This document shows, piece by piece, positions 21,751 through 34,130 of a DNA stretch of 64,000 nucleotides. The notes beneath the pieces are model-generated. The model was not told where the DNA came from. It saw only the letters and a program-made list of their open reading frames with translations, and did not search any database. Numbering within the stretch: the stretch's first letter is position 1; each line of letters opens with the position of its first letter. Source of the stretch: Acanthaster planci (lineage: Eukaryota); NCBI RefSeq assembly GCF_001949145.1, contig NW_019091361.1:3559854-3623853 (forward strand), in the 5' to 3' direction. Both the position numbers and the translations under genes were made by a program.

Positions 21751-24431
21751 TATATGAAATCTGGCGCAGGTACTTCCCATTTGTAAAAGCCTTAAGTACA
21801 TGTACACGCTTCCACATGTGATCTAGTGCACATGCATTCAGTGTACTTCAAGACAGCAACCCTGATAAAAGCAACATTGGGTTCGCTTGATCTGTAATTT
21901 TCCATAAAGAGAATGCCAATAAACACCTCGTACAAATAGCAAATAATCCATGGAAGATTAAGATTCAAAGAAACAATCTTAACTTGCACGGTGCAATTTA
22001 ACTCCAGTCTTACATGTACAGCATTCCACATTTAAGAAAGGCTTTCTTCTTCAAAAAGAAAGGAAATCACAGGGTTATAATATTATTGCTCATACTGTAT
22101 ATAATGTTCCTTTGTTACACACAGAGCTTGGCGAGGTATCAAAAGTGGTGAAAGATATGCGTTTATTTATGGCTTGGAGATTCTTTAAAGTTGGATAAAT
22201 ACACTTGTAAGTAAATTTTCACTGGTGAAAGAAACTGGGCCTATTGCTAAAACTGGAGCTACTGTACAAGAAGACCATTTACAGGAAAATTCAACTACTT
22301 TCTCTACTCGAGCCCGTCCAATGTGATTTGCTTGACAACGTATCCCACTCTTCAGCTCGGGTACAGGTAGACGGGCATGCTTGTACACAGTAAGGTCCAG
22401 AGAAGACGGATGAAGCAAATACAGCGCACATGGTTGAAGAAGTTTTCCTTGTTTGGGGTCAATTTCAATTAGCCCCACAAAAAAAGTCCAAACATTCAGT
22501 TCATTGTAGAGAAAGACATATATGTACATGTACATGTACAAAAGCTGGGGACAGGCACACAGGTATTATACACCCACTTTTCTCTGAATTGCATCAAGTT
22601 TGAAGTTTCCAATTTCCTCAAAGAAATGAAACTGAGTGTAGAATTCAATCAGATTAGACATATGCCAATAATCTCGTTTCCTCCAGCCTTTTAGGTACAG
22701 TTATAGAAAGTTGGACAGTGAAACAAAGGAATGCACTAAGCTCTCATTATACAGTGATACTACAGATCGCAAGCTGTGATAAAACAAATCTAGACAGCAT
22801 GAAAGGAATTCTGCTTGACCTCCACCAATTTGCAGGTCAATGGTGAGGGCTGGAAGACTGGTATGGTGGTGTACCAAGCAGTGAGAAATTTGGTCCATTA
22901 GGGACCCAATCCCTCCAAACTCCTGGTATTAAGATATACAGTACTGAAGTGTGAAGTCACTTGAGCCAGGAAGTGTAATGCAAATGAATGGAGTACGTGT
23001 CTGTGTTGGTTCACGTACTGGTTCTCGTGCTGATGTTCTTTACATACATAATTGTGTGTGTGGCGTATCCTATGGAGTACGCTTTTACAGAGAACCATAG
23101 AACACACTACATGTACCGGTATCCCTCATCTTCCCCACAAACTGCCCGGCCCTACCTGGATGCAACAAAACTTACAGCTGCAATAGGTCTATATGATCCT
23201 ATGAAACTGGACTTGTATTACAATGATAAAAATTGTGTCATTTTTTATTTGTGATTTGTCAAAAAACAGTTGCACTTTTATTTCAGAAAGGATGGGCTGG
23301 GCCTGCAGAAATTAACGTAGTCTCCAATGGTGTATCAAGCGGGGAGGGGGACAACTTGTCCCCCCCCAAGATTTTTTTTATACAAAAACTAATACTTGTT
23401 AAATGAGCCCAAAGCTGCATTCGTTTTTGACTTTGCCTCCCGACACCAAAAACTGATACGTCGCTTGTTAGATATCCCCCACCCAAATGGATCTCAGTAA
23501 TTATACAGCCCAGCTACAGAAGCACAGGATCCTGTTTTGTCTTTCCCACCGAGCCACTTAATTCCTGTGGAAGCTTCTGGGTGCTAGGAGGATTCATGGG
23601 AGTAAAAGGTCACTGAATTGGGGTGCGATGAGGAAAAACGACCCAAAGGGGAAATGAGGGCAAGTGTGCAAGGGACCCATGTGTTAATCCAATTCATCAC
23701 CTCCTCCTGTATTACTCACATTTTCAGCCACTGAGTCTCAAGTTCATAGTACGTGTACCTGGCTGTCAAAGACTGATGTCTGAGTATGGTTCAAGCACTT
23801 TTAAAAAGTCTCAACATAAGTGGGATCTGATGCGTATCACTGGTGATACATAAGATCCTTTCCATCAACAGATTTCATAAACACCTAAACTTTATCTGAC
23901 AGGCTGAACGTGGAGCACCAAGATACAATTATCTCAGAGAAAAATCTGCCCAGCATCAGGTTAGACAGTTGGCATTTTTTCTTGACAAGTCTGAAGACGT
24001 TCAGAAAACTTATCAAAGAAGGTTTCCAAGGGAATACCGTCCATCCCCTGCTACTTTTGACTGCAACTGACAACAACTTCAACTTGTCCCTTTCTCAGGA
24101 CAAGGGACTTGTGAAGGACTCAACTATAACACTGACACCATCACACAAACGGTTTCTTCCAACACTCTTCCAAATTTTCAGGACAACTTTTCCCGGGAAG
24201 AGAAAACAAAACCCTGTTTAGAGAATTCCAAGATTCCATATTGTTTGCGGAGCTTATTTGGACAAATCCACATCGAGAAACAACAATGGTGTCAGGGAAT
24301 CCTCCTAAGACCCTTCTCTTCTGGCTAAATAAGAAAACTGTTTTTCTAAGGCAATGGCAGTGGCTTCTGCCCAGATTACAGGGGTTCCCCCATGCAGAGT
24401 ACTGCTCAAATAACAGGGGGGCTCTACCTAC

Positions 24432-24555
24432 CTGATGCAGAGGGCGAGGTATGCCGATTCCCTTTCATCAGCCTGCAAGTGCTGTTGTCGCCATTACAAA
24501 CACCGCACCTGTCCAGGGTCGCGGTAGAGTTGAGCTGGTGGTCGCAACCAACAGG
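24432..24555 (-). CDS. ADAMTSL1/3: ADAMTS-like protein exon: end of Cys-rich module (absent from the ORF track)
   Basis: 124 nt, phase 0-1, acceptor ttcccttgtag and donor gtaggt. Encodes PVGCDHQLNSTATLDRCGVCNGDNSTCRLMKGNRHTSPSAS, continuing in frame from the previous exon (VGCDHQL...CGVCNGD.STCRL signature). Confidence 0.93.
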
Positions 24556-25339
24556 CTACAAGGGAAAGTTAAAGAACAAAAATAAAGTTCATCAGCATTT
24601 TTAAGAGCCAGAATCATCAGTGAAAAAATATCCCAGTCTTTAGCAACAAAAAAATTCCAATTAGTAACACTCAACAGAGAAAGTCTTATAAGGAAAGAAT
24701 TTCTAAATTGGGTCTAATAAGAGATCATAAAACATTCATCTGCATTTTGAGGCTCTCATGACCTCTTTTCCCACTTGAGATTCAGAGGCAAACCAGGGTA
24801 ATTTATCCTCAAATGGTCCATGTACGTAACTTTCTGCCAGAGATCAGCATCGAGTTTGAGACAACTTGTGTTGATTTCTTTGTTTTGCACAATGGGAAGT
24901 CACCCAGTTAAATTAGTGAAAAATTTGGCACCATGCAAGGCCCAACTTCATAATGCCACTTGATAGAAAATATTGCTTGGCAAATGTGTATCCGTCAAGA
25001 CCAAGTAACAAAACTGTGCAATGGACTACTAGCTGGTATTTCCAAATTTTGTTGAGAAAATATTTTCTGGGCTTAGTCAACGGTTCATGTTCGTGTACCC
25101 CTGAATCTATATCATACAACATTCACCGGTTCAATGAGGTGATGACAGGTTATTTTAGGTTGCAAGCCTCACTTTTATTTTTGTTAAATGTGGCTTAATA
25201 CCGTTAGATATAATAAATCACAAATTTTAAATTATTCATCACCACAAAGTAGCACAAATTTGCACTGAACTTCATTTTATTGCTTTCAGTTTTACTCTCA
25301 AGTTCCCAAAATAAAAGATTTACCGGTAATCCTGCTTTC

Positions 25340-25515
25340 AATACGGGCATTTCACAATAGCGCACCTCCAAGAGTTTGCGACATGTTGACCAATCAAAGT
25401 GCGCAAAATCTGTCGACCCAATGCGTGTTTTGAAAGGGTCAACAGGTTTCACGCATTGTGATTAGTCAATGCATTGCAAACTCTTGGAGGCGCACTATTG
25501 CGAATCGCCGATATT
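25340..25515. mobile_element. Fold-back MITE with ~80-bp arms
   Basis: Arm aatacgggcatttcacaatagcgcacctccaagagtttgc...gaccc pairs with gggtc...gcaaactcttggaggcgcactattgcgaatcgccgatatt. Confidence 0.8.
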
Positions 25516-27116
25516 CAATATACCGGTGCAACTTGTGAATAAAAAGTCTGTTGGTCCCAGGGTAAACTTAGAGCTACTCAAGTAAAAAATCTACTAAACA
25601 TAAAGAAAACATTCACTTAGCTGAAACCAGTCGAAATTTCAATCTGTGGATATTGCCTGTAACTTATGGATGACACAAATACTCAATTACGCTTGACTGG
25701 TCAGGGGCAGTGGCATAGACAAGACAAGGCTGGCAGAGAATGCCCCCATAAAAAAAATTCCCCCTTGGAAATCTTAGAATTTAAGACAACAATAATATAT
25801 ATTACGTGTAGGAAAATATTGCTGGGGTTTGTGCCCCCACTGTAACATCCACATCTCCCACTCATCCCCTTTCCCCCCACAGTGAGAACCCCGGTTCAGG
25901 GGGAAATAAACACTTGAGTGTACAATGTGCACGTAGGCCCCCTAACGACCATGCCAGGCCTAGCTGCAGTAGGATGGTACTCCTTGCCTACGCATGTCAA
26001 ACTGGTAGACGTGAGGTACCGAGATACATACAGTATGCATACATTTGAGGTATCGGTATTTAATGCATGCAGGAAATCAGGTGAGCATGGAATCAGTGGT
26101 TCCTGATTTCTGATCATCGAGTCTGTCTTGGGTGAATAAGACAAAATCTGGGGAGACATCACAAGATAGAGGTCTGTCTATTTGCCTGCTTTGCGGGGTC
26201 TGGCCACAACACAGAGAGTTTGTGCATCCTGCCATTTGACAGTTAAATGAATGCAAGAATTTAGAACCACAAAAAATGAACACCTAGTCTCCTTCCCCTC
26301 CCCCGAATTAAATCACCATCCCCTGGTAAGTACAACATGGTTTTTCATTCCACTGGTTTTTAAATGAAAACAGAAAAAGAAATAAAAAAGAGAACTAAAA
26401 TTTCTCCTGTGACTGGGTAGTTACATGTATCCTTTTATTGATGGGAATAAAAGTGTCCTGAACACCATTTCTGTGGAACTGCGTGACGATAAAGTTCACT
26501 CTGCATACAAAGATGACCACAAATTTGCACTGACTTTTGTGTACAGAGATGGCTGATTAGGTCTATAACCTTGCATGGAATTGGTACAAGTTTCAGAATT
26601 TTTTTACGGGTAGGCCATACAACAATTCACCTTTTCCAGAATTACTTCTTTCCTGGAGGCAATACAGGTTCTTGTACTTCTGGGTGCTTTTTCCTCTCTT
26701 CATTTTTGTGTTAGTTTGAAATATTGCAAATGATTAATTCCCGCAACAACGCACGAGGCTATTGTTGGACAAATTTGAAGAATACTGTGAAGTACAAAGT
26801 GCCCCAGCCTGCAGGGACGAATTTCCAAACAACCTTTGGTGTTTTTTCCCCAATTGTGGTGGTCAACATAAATGACCAACCACTTCAATTTCTATGCCAA
26901 AGTGCCGGGAGGCTGCTTGATCCAAAGACCCCGGTGCTCAAATCTGTTTTCGTTGGCAGAGAATTCAAACTATCGCGTGACAATCCAATTCAGCGGTTTG
27001 GTAGCAGCCTCAGGGGTTGACAGGTAGTCCCTGGATAAACATGGCTCTCTCTTACCTGCCCATGCCGGTTCCCAATAGGCTGGTCCGGTAATGGGAACAT
27101 TAAATTGAGCTGACAA

Positions 27117-27135
27117 GTGTGTGTGTGTGTGTGTG
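27117..27135. repeat. (GT)n microsatellite
   Basis: Seen directly. Confidence 0.9.
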
Positions 27136-27971
27136 GGGGGGCTGAATCACCTCCCATTTCCCCATTCACATCCTCTTGTAATGAGATTAATTCTGGTATA
27201 TCAATAAAAGTTGGCCTGGGTGGCAAAAAGAAGGAGTGCCAATCATTGAGGTATTAATGATTGGGTAAGAGTTTGGTATTTGTATACTTCAATTCATTTC
27301 CAGAACTTCTGCGTCTCATCTCCATTTTGCTCATGAGCGATATAAAGTACTGAAGCTTGACGTCATTTGGACCAGGAAGTGTAGTGCAAACGAATGGCAC
27401 ATGTTGGGTCAAACCCTGGGTTTTGCGCTAATGCCTTTTACAAACATAATTGTGTGCATCACTTACTCACTGCTGTTCTCTATGGCAATCTGACCAATCA
27501 GTGTTTCATTCAATTTGTGATAAACACAAACAAATGCACAATTGGAACAGACATCACAAAGTACCGGTATTCACAGTGAAATATTTTGGAGCAAAAATGT
27601 GCTCAACCAGACGATACATTTAAAAGTACAACCTTTAATTGCAGTTTTAATTCACCATTCTCAAATATGCAGGGTTTATGCCACTGCACTATCTCCTAAT
27701 CTTGAACATACCTGTAAATCCTAATGGATGATGTTACAGAACAAATTATGCATCATCCGTACATATTCTGTACATGATCATTCATTACATCTTCAAAAGG
27801 TAACAAAAGGAAGCGGCTAAAGATACCACATTTGCTGTATCAGTGTAAAAGGTGTTTGGACTGCAGGTCGTGATTGACGGTGGTGCAAAGACAGGGAACG
27901 TGCAATAACGTGTCGATATATTCTCACCCAAAAAAAGAAAGCAGTGCACCAAAACTGTGACAAGATCATGA

Positions 27972-28030
27972 TTAACCCTAACAGTCCTCAATCCTTCACC
28001 TGTTGGAGGATTGAGGACTGTCAGGGTTAG
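27972..28030. mobile_element. 51-bp palindromic mini-element, copy 2
   Basis: TTAA-ccctaacagtcctcaatccttcacctgttggaggattgaggactgtcaggg-TTAG, 4 differences from copy 1. Confidence 0.7.
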
Positions 28031-31000
28031 TGAAGGAGTAATGAAGACTGAGAAAATGAAATTCATGCATGAAAATTAACTTTGAAATGGCTTTTGTGGA
28101 TAGAGGTGTGCATGAACTGGTACTACAAAAAGAAATGGGGATGGGGGGAGTCTGGGACTTACATGTATAACTTTAACTCAAAATCAAAAGTCATCGCAGA
28201 AATTTTAAGACATTTCTGACATATTATGTTAAGCATCTTTCCATCACTTTCTATTTCAATGTCTTTATGTTTTTCCTCTGTGAGTTAAGAAAAAGCCTTT
28301 TTTTTTCTCTGGACGGCACATGCCGCAGTTTCCTCGCAATGCTGCCTGCCAACCAGGAACATTTCCCAAGAGCTTTGCGATTACCCCTCTTCACCAAAAG
28401 TCACGGTGTATCTCTATGTGACCAGACCAATAAGGCAATTGGCATGCTGCCTACAAGTAAACGTTGCCCCTAAAAACCCTATTGAGACACTGGGAGGGTG
28501 TAAAAGGCATGTTTGATCACAAGCAGCTTCTGATGCTAAGACAGGATTATCCCCTGACAAAAAGCTGTCAAAACAGCAGGGTTCTGGTCAACACCAACAA
28601 CCATAGAGATTCGAATGGGGGGGGGGGAGACAGAACAGAAAACGAGGTCATATAGAGTCTTAGAGAGTAGTGAGGGCCAATGCTGGCTAGGCTAGCAACA
28701 TGTACAGGAACTAACTTGAATTTCTTTAATACCAGTACTCAAGCTTGCAGCAACTAAGCACACCTAAGTGTAAGACCAGAAAAAAATCTGCTTAGTGCAA
28801 ACAGGGTGCAAACCAAAATGTCATTTGATGGATGAATACTGCCCTGTGATGTTTCCCATCAAATTTTTGCTAAGCATTATGTTCTGTTACAATGCTCAAG
28901 TAACTGGTTACTGGGGTCGACTGAATGGAGCTGTGCCAAGCATAGAATTTCCCCAAGCACAGAATTTTGATAGCAAAAGTTTACAAATCTGAGTGTCACA
29001 CCGGGTTCATGTTCAGTATCAGGTACGTGAATTTGCTGGAAAGAATTTCCAAATTGATATGAGAATGGGAGGGGAGAAATCATTTGTTGGCATCAGGGTT
29101 CATGCAACCAGAGAAAAACTAATGAACCACAAAGAGGAAAAATAAGCGTCAGTGCTGTAAGCTTTTTGGGAGGATAGAAAGCGTTTGATGTTGTCAAGGT
29201 GGGGTCTTACAGGTTTTCTACGCAGTGCAAGGCAACCCCTTATCTTTACTGTTGACTAATGATTTTTTTTCAGCTTGCAGACAGAATATAAATGCCAGTT
29301 AGAAATAAAAACCTCGTAAAAAACACCTGCTCACAAATATGATTTATCAGGACAAAACTGAACATACCACACAGTCAGAAATTTATTTAATATATTTTTT
29401 TTTCAAGGACAAGGGTTTAAAGGTTAAATCACCATCAAGACACACAGCCAGATCGGGGCCTGAACTTGGCCGAGTGACTTTAGGAGATGTCAAAAATATG
29501 CTGGTAGCTGTCAGAGAAATGTGTGATTTACGTGCAGGAAGTGAGGCACATGGAGAGGTACATGCACAGCTTGTGAAATCAGCCCATCACTCCCCGGAGT
29601 GTCTGGCATTAAATTTCATTGAGAACAGGAATTGGAAAGGCCGTGAGGAGTGCAGGAACTGGCAACATGCACATTGTACGCAAATGGGAAGAGACTTGAG
29701 GATTGGCAAAGCACATAAACTGGCAGACAAGAGAGGAACCAAGAGATTTAGGTGGAGACAAACAGCCAAACAGACAGACTGATACAGGCCAACCAATCCT
29801 CCAGCCAGGGGACCATCAGATCGAAGCAGCATCGGGGAAAAGATGAAGTGTGATGGGGGCAAGAATGGAGAAATGTCCAAAGCAACAGTTTACTTCACAT
29901 TTACAAAGTCAGATGAATTCCTTAACTGAGTTAAATCACTAGATTCAACTAACACTTGACTAAAACTTGACCACAGATGCACAACAGAGCACAGTGCTAG
30001 GAGTGGCACTCAAATAAATTGTTCAGAACACATTCATGCATGTATTGTAGAAAAAAGATTTCCCCATTCTGCGTGTTCTTCTTTTGATCCATGGCAACAC
30101 AAATTCAAGAGATGCATGAATGTACATTTATTAGAGATGACCATGAGTTTAAAAAGCTCTTGAAAACCATCTGAAAAACCAGTGAGATTAAACTGAAGTT
30201 GAGTTTGCCTATTTGCAGTAAGATCTTCCTGCCTTAGAAGAAATGTAACAAATTGAAACCGCAGGGCCAAACTCATTACCCGAAGAAAACTCACCACCCT
30301 GAGGTTTTCAGACAGTGCAAACACTCAAGAAAAACTGGCAAACAGAGGGTCCCACACAACACATTTTGTGATGTAATGTTTATTTTCTCTGGGGAGGACA
30401 GGCTTGTTAGTCCTTCACTAAGCCTTTCCCAGACTTCGGCTCAAACTTGCACTTGTGCTTGAGGTTAATCTAAGTATCGGTTTTCTGTCTTGGTGTGCCA
30501 CAAACACCATTTGGAGGTATTAAATACCCCACCTCCAGGGGGATTGGACTTTATGAGCAGTATCCTCCGATAGAGCAACGACAAAATGGCCTTTTTAAAC
30601 ACCCAGTTAATACATCTTTCAGGGCATGGCATTGGAGACTAGAAGTCTCCCCTGGGCTTGGTTAAGAAGTTTATTGTATTCATATGAGGGTGTACAGAGT
30701 GTCATCTATTTAATATTGAAAATATGGCGAACAAAATCCACTAACGACGGTTTTCATGTACTTATATCTGACCAGACATAGCGTGTGATGTTGGGGTGAT
30801 TTTTACGGTTCAGTTCCATCACTACGTCTTTTCAGAGGGGGGTTTAGCTCAGCAGGATTCACATTCAAGCCATGCACCCTCTAAAATAGTCTACAGAATT
30901 TTGTGTAGCCCCATCCCATGCCAGAATTCAGTGTAATACCGGTGGATGGCTGGATGGTTGGACGTATTTAAAGCTCCAGTGAATTATGTAGAATTATGTT

Positions 31001-32340
31001 TGAGAATTGAAGTTGTGGGAAGATTATAATTTCAGAGAAGGCGTACACCTGTTCAAAAAAAGTCAATTTCTGGAAATTTCATCAAGTGTATCACATTTCA
31101 TTCAGAAGAAAAAGGAGTAAAGCAAACAATTTTCACACTCTGGAAAAAATATATACAATTTTTTTTGATCAACTGTAACATCCTGATTTTCAACAAAAAC
31201 GGAATGAAATTCCTTCTTTTTTACAGAAATTGTATAACTTACTATTGAAACAGTCACTGTTCGGTAAACAGACAAATCATGATGGCTTCAGTTCCAACTG
31301 ATCAAGTTGGAGGAGTAAATATTTGTCACCATGGCAGATCAAAAAGGTGACTAATTCTGGACCCGCCTGTCAAAATATTAATATGACACCAATGGGGCCT
31401 CCCCTAGAGCACTTACTTAATCTGTCATCAGTGTTTCTCAAGCATGTTTGACATTAGTCTTGGTTTGGGTTAAAGAAAATAAACTGCCGAATGTCTGTGC
31501 TAACATTACACACAGGCTGGGCCACACAGTACATTCTCTTCTCTAAGGCTCACAGAGGCGTTCATGACTGATGTTGAGAGAAAGGTGAGATCACATGGAG
31601 GATCATATTCTTCAGTTTTGACCACCTCGGGATCTCTGAGTGCAACCTGATCTCCCCTTGAAATATTTAACATACTTGGGAGAAGTCGGCAAGCCACCAC
31701 GTGATGACAGAATATGCCTGGGTTCAAAATTTCTGGTGGAGAATTTCATTCATCAGGATTACAAATTTAACTTTTCTGAGGTATAAAGGCACTTTCATTT
31801 TAATAAACCTGTGACCTAGTTTGAGTGACCTTGTGTGATGAAAGGGCAGCATTTTAAAGATTATCACACTAGCTAGGAAGACCTTCGAAAAAAAAGGAGC
31901 CACAAAAACTGTGGCTAATCATCGCATAAGAACTTTCTTGAAAATGTGGCCCCTTGTGATGAAGTCGTATTTCCAGACCTACTTTGTTTATTAAAAAAAT
32001 TCTACCCCACCTTCAAAATCATTAGTGACACTTCTTGAGGATGCATGTACATGTATCAGAACTTTCAAAGTGAGAAAAAAAAAGAAAACAGAAGAAGTGT
32101 TTTTCTCCAAAAGTTTCTCTCCACAGAAAAAGGGGTCACTCGGTTTGTAGTGCCTTTACCGACATTTTTGTAGTTTTTACCAATTTTTATCCCCTTTTCA
32201 AATGGAAAGAATTCGTTTTATTCTGGCAGTTTTAATGTTATGTACATGTAATGTGTAAATGATCATTGTCAAGAAGGTCACAAACATTCAGATTAGTGTT
32301 GCTATAACAAACGGAGTCAGGACAGACTGAACGGACTCAC

Positions 32341-32583
32341 CTCGCAGCGTCCCAGGATGCACATGTCTCTGGAGTCGGCCGAGCACATGGTGCCATCCAG
32401 CACCTTGGGTGACAGGACCTTGGTCATGTCCGTTCCCTGGGCCCGGCAGGTAAGCGTGCACTGCTGGTCTGGTGGGAGGCCCTCCACCGGGATCCAGTGA
32501 TACATCTTCCCATCGGTGTGGCTCTCATTGTTGGAGAGGGCACACTGCTGTGCCCTGAAGTCTGGGGTACCAGGAGGACAGTC
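32341..32583 (-). CDS. ADAMTSL1/3: ADAMTS-like protein exon: Cys-rich module
   Basis: 243 nt, phase 0-0, acceptor tctctcccccataccag and donor gtgagt. Encodes DCPPGTPDFRAQQC...WIPV...CTLTCRAQG...PKVLDGTMC...DMCILGRCE, matching my recollection of ADAMTSL1/3 (DFRAQQC, PKVLDGTRC, DMCISG). Confidence 0.94.
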
Positions 32584-32627
32584 CTGGTATGGGGGAGAGA
32601 GAACAAAGGGAGTTGAAAGATAATCAC

Positions 32628-32722
32628 TAGTGACGATTTTAAGTATTTCTCTCGTTTTCCTCAGACTAACATTAGTGAGTTAGTCTGAAGAAAATGAGAG
32701 CAAAACTTAAAATCATCGCCAC
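32628..32722. repeat. Intronic hairpin (~40-bp arms), probable MITE
   Basis: gattttaagtatttctctcgttttcctcagactaac versus reverse complement gattttaagttttgctctcattttcttcagactaac. Confidence 0.75.
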
Positions 32723-33187
32723 CTATCAACAGGGTCTACAGTTTTCTGGTTTTTGAAAAAATGCCAATTTTTTGCATTGTAGTATATTCTGAATCACTGG
32801 TGGATCTACAAGTATCATGTGCCACAGGCCCTCAAATGGAGTTAACACCCTCCCCCCAAAAAATTGCTTGCACCCCCAACACCAAATTAAGGGTTATGAA
32901 ACTGCCCTTCCACTGAATTCAACTTCAAGCATAAGGCATGTGAAAACAGAACACACATACTGTACTTGCTCCAACTGTAGTTGTGGGGACTAAACACGGC
33001 TGCGGGGACCAATTTTTTATCCCTGCAACTTGGTCCTGACTTTTCTACTGTCCCCTCACTTTGTAGAAGGTCTACCCCAGCTCTCCTTCCAACATCATCC
33101 ATGTATTACATGCAAATGAAAATGGCTGGTAACAATTTGTCTGTTGTGTACAAACTCCTTGGGGGTTTGGGAATGCTCTGCACTTAC

Positions 33188-33340
33188 TGTGATTTTGCAG
33201 GTTCTGTATCTCTTTTCTGGTCCCTGGCAAGCTCCTTGTAGGCATCTGCGTTTCTGCAGTGATACTCCCCAGTCACACTGTCTGGAGCAGTTGGTCCACT
33301 CCTCCCAGTTTGACCACAGTGGTGACACTGCACTGGCAAC
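33188..33340 (-). CDS. ADAMTSL1/3: ADAMTS-like protein exon: first thrombospondin type-1 repeat
   Basis: 153 nt, phase 0-0, acceptor ttttgcag and donor gtaagt. Encodes VASAVSPLWSNWEEWTNCSRQCDWGVSLQKRRCLQGACQGPEKRYRTCKIT (WxxWxxWxxCSxxC...RRC). Confidence 0.92.
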
Positions 33341-34096
33341 CTGCAAAATGATTAGGGGGGGGGAAGGGAATCTTACTGGAACACTTTGATGGACTGTAAC
33401 TGAGCCATTCTACACTACTGCAAGTGAGCAGGGCACCATTTCCTGAGGGGAGGGGGAGGCAGCCAATGAGGTTGTACTGTGGCGCAGTGGAGAGAGTCAG
33501 TGTCAGGTTGGACGACACAACACCCTCAGAAGCTAACTGTCCATAGAAGTGAGACAAGAGGCCAACAGCTTGGAACACTGACAACTTGATCCGTATCATT
33601 TCAGGTCTCCAAAGGACTCAACAAGACTGAGTGAGCAACTAAAAGTGAGTGAGTGATGGAGTAACAACATATAAGTGAGTGAGTAATGGAGTAACATCTG
33701 ACACAGTTGCATGTACAGTATATGCAACATTATCTCAAATAAGGCTTTGTGTGTCACTCTCCAAGCAGAAAAACATGTGAAGTTTATTTTACAATGTGTG
33801 TTCAGCTGTTTGTGCCATTCCATTAGCTTCTCTATACATGCACATGGTTGGCATTTCAGTAAAAATTCATAATACCGGCAGCCTTTGGAGTGGAAATTCA
33901 TGATGTGCCTACAGTTTTGCTTTGATGTATGAACAGACAACACATACATGCTGGTAATTCATCCTTTTCAATCCCACTGAGCAAATTGTAATAAATTCAA
34001 ACAGATTCAGGTAAAACAAACAATTCAACTGCTTTATAACTACAGTAGCAATGTACATGTAGCTGAGCCAGGCATATTGCTAGACAGTATCATGTG

Positions 34097-34100
<4 letters not shown>

Positions 34101-34127
<27 letters not shown>
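34101..34127. repeat. (TA)n microsatellite
   Basis: Seen directly. Confidence 0.95.

Positions 34128-34130
<3 letters not shown>

Noticed and set aside
21248..21821. Long ORFs containing X (also 37681-38190)
   Set aside because: Artefacts of N gaps.
23714..23800. Minus-strand gtgagt donor preceded by ARYTYYE
   Set aside because: No convincing spacer homology or acceptor.
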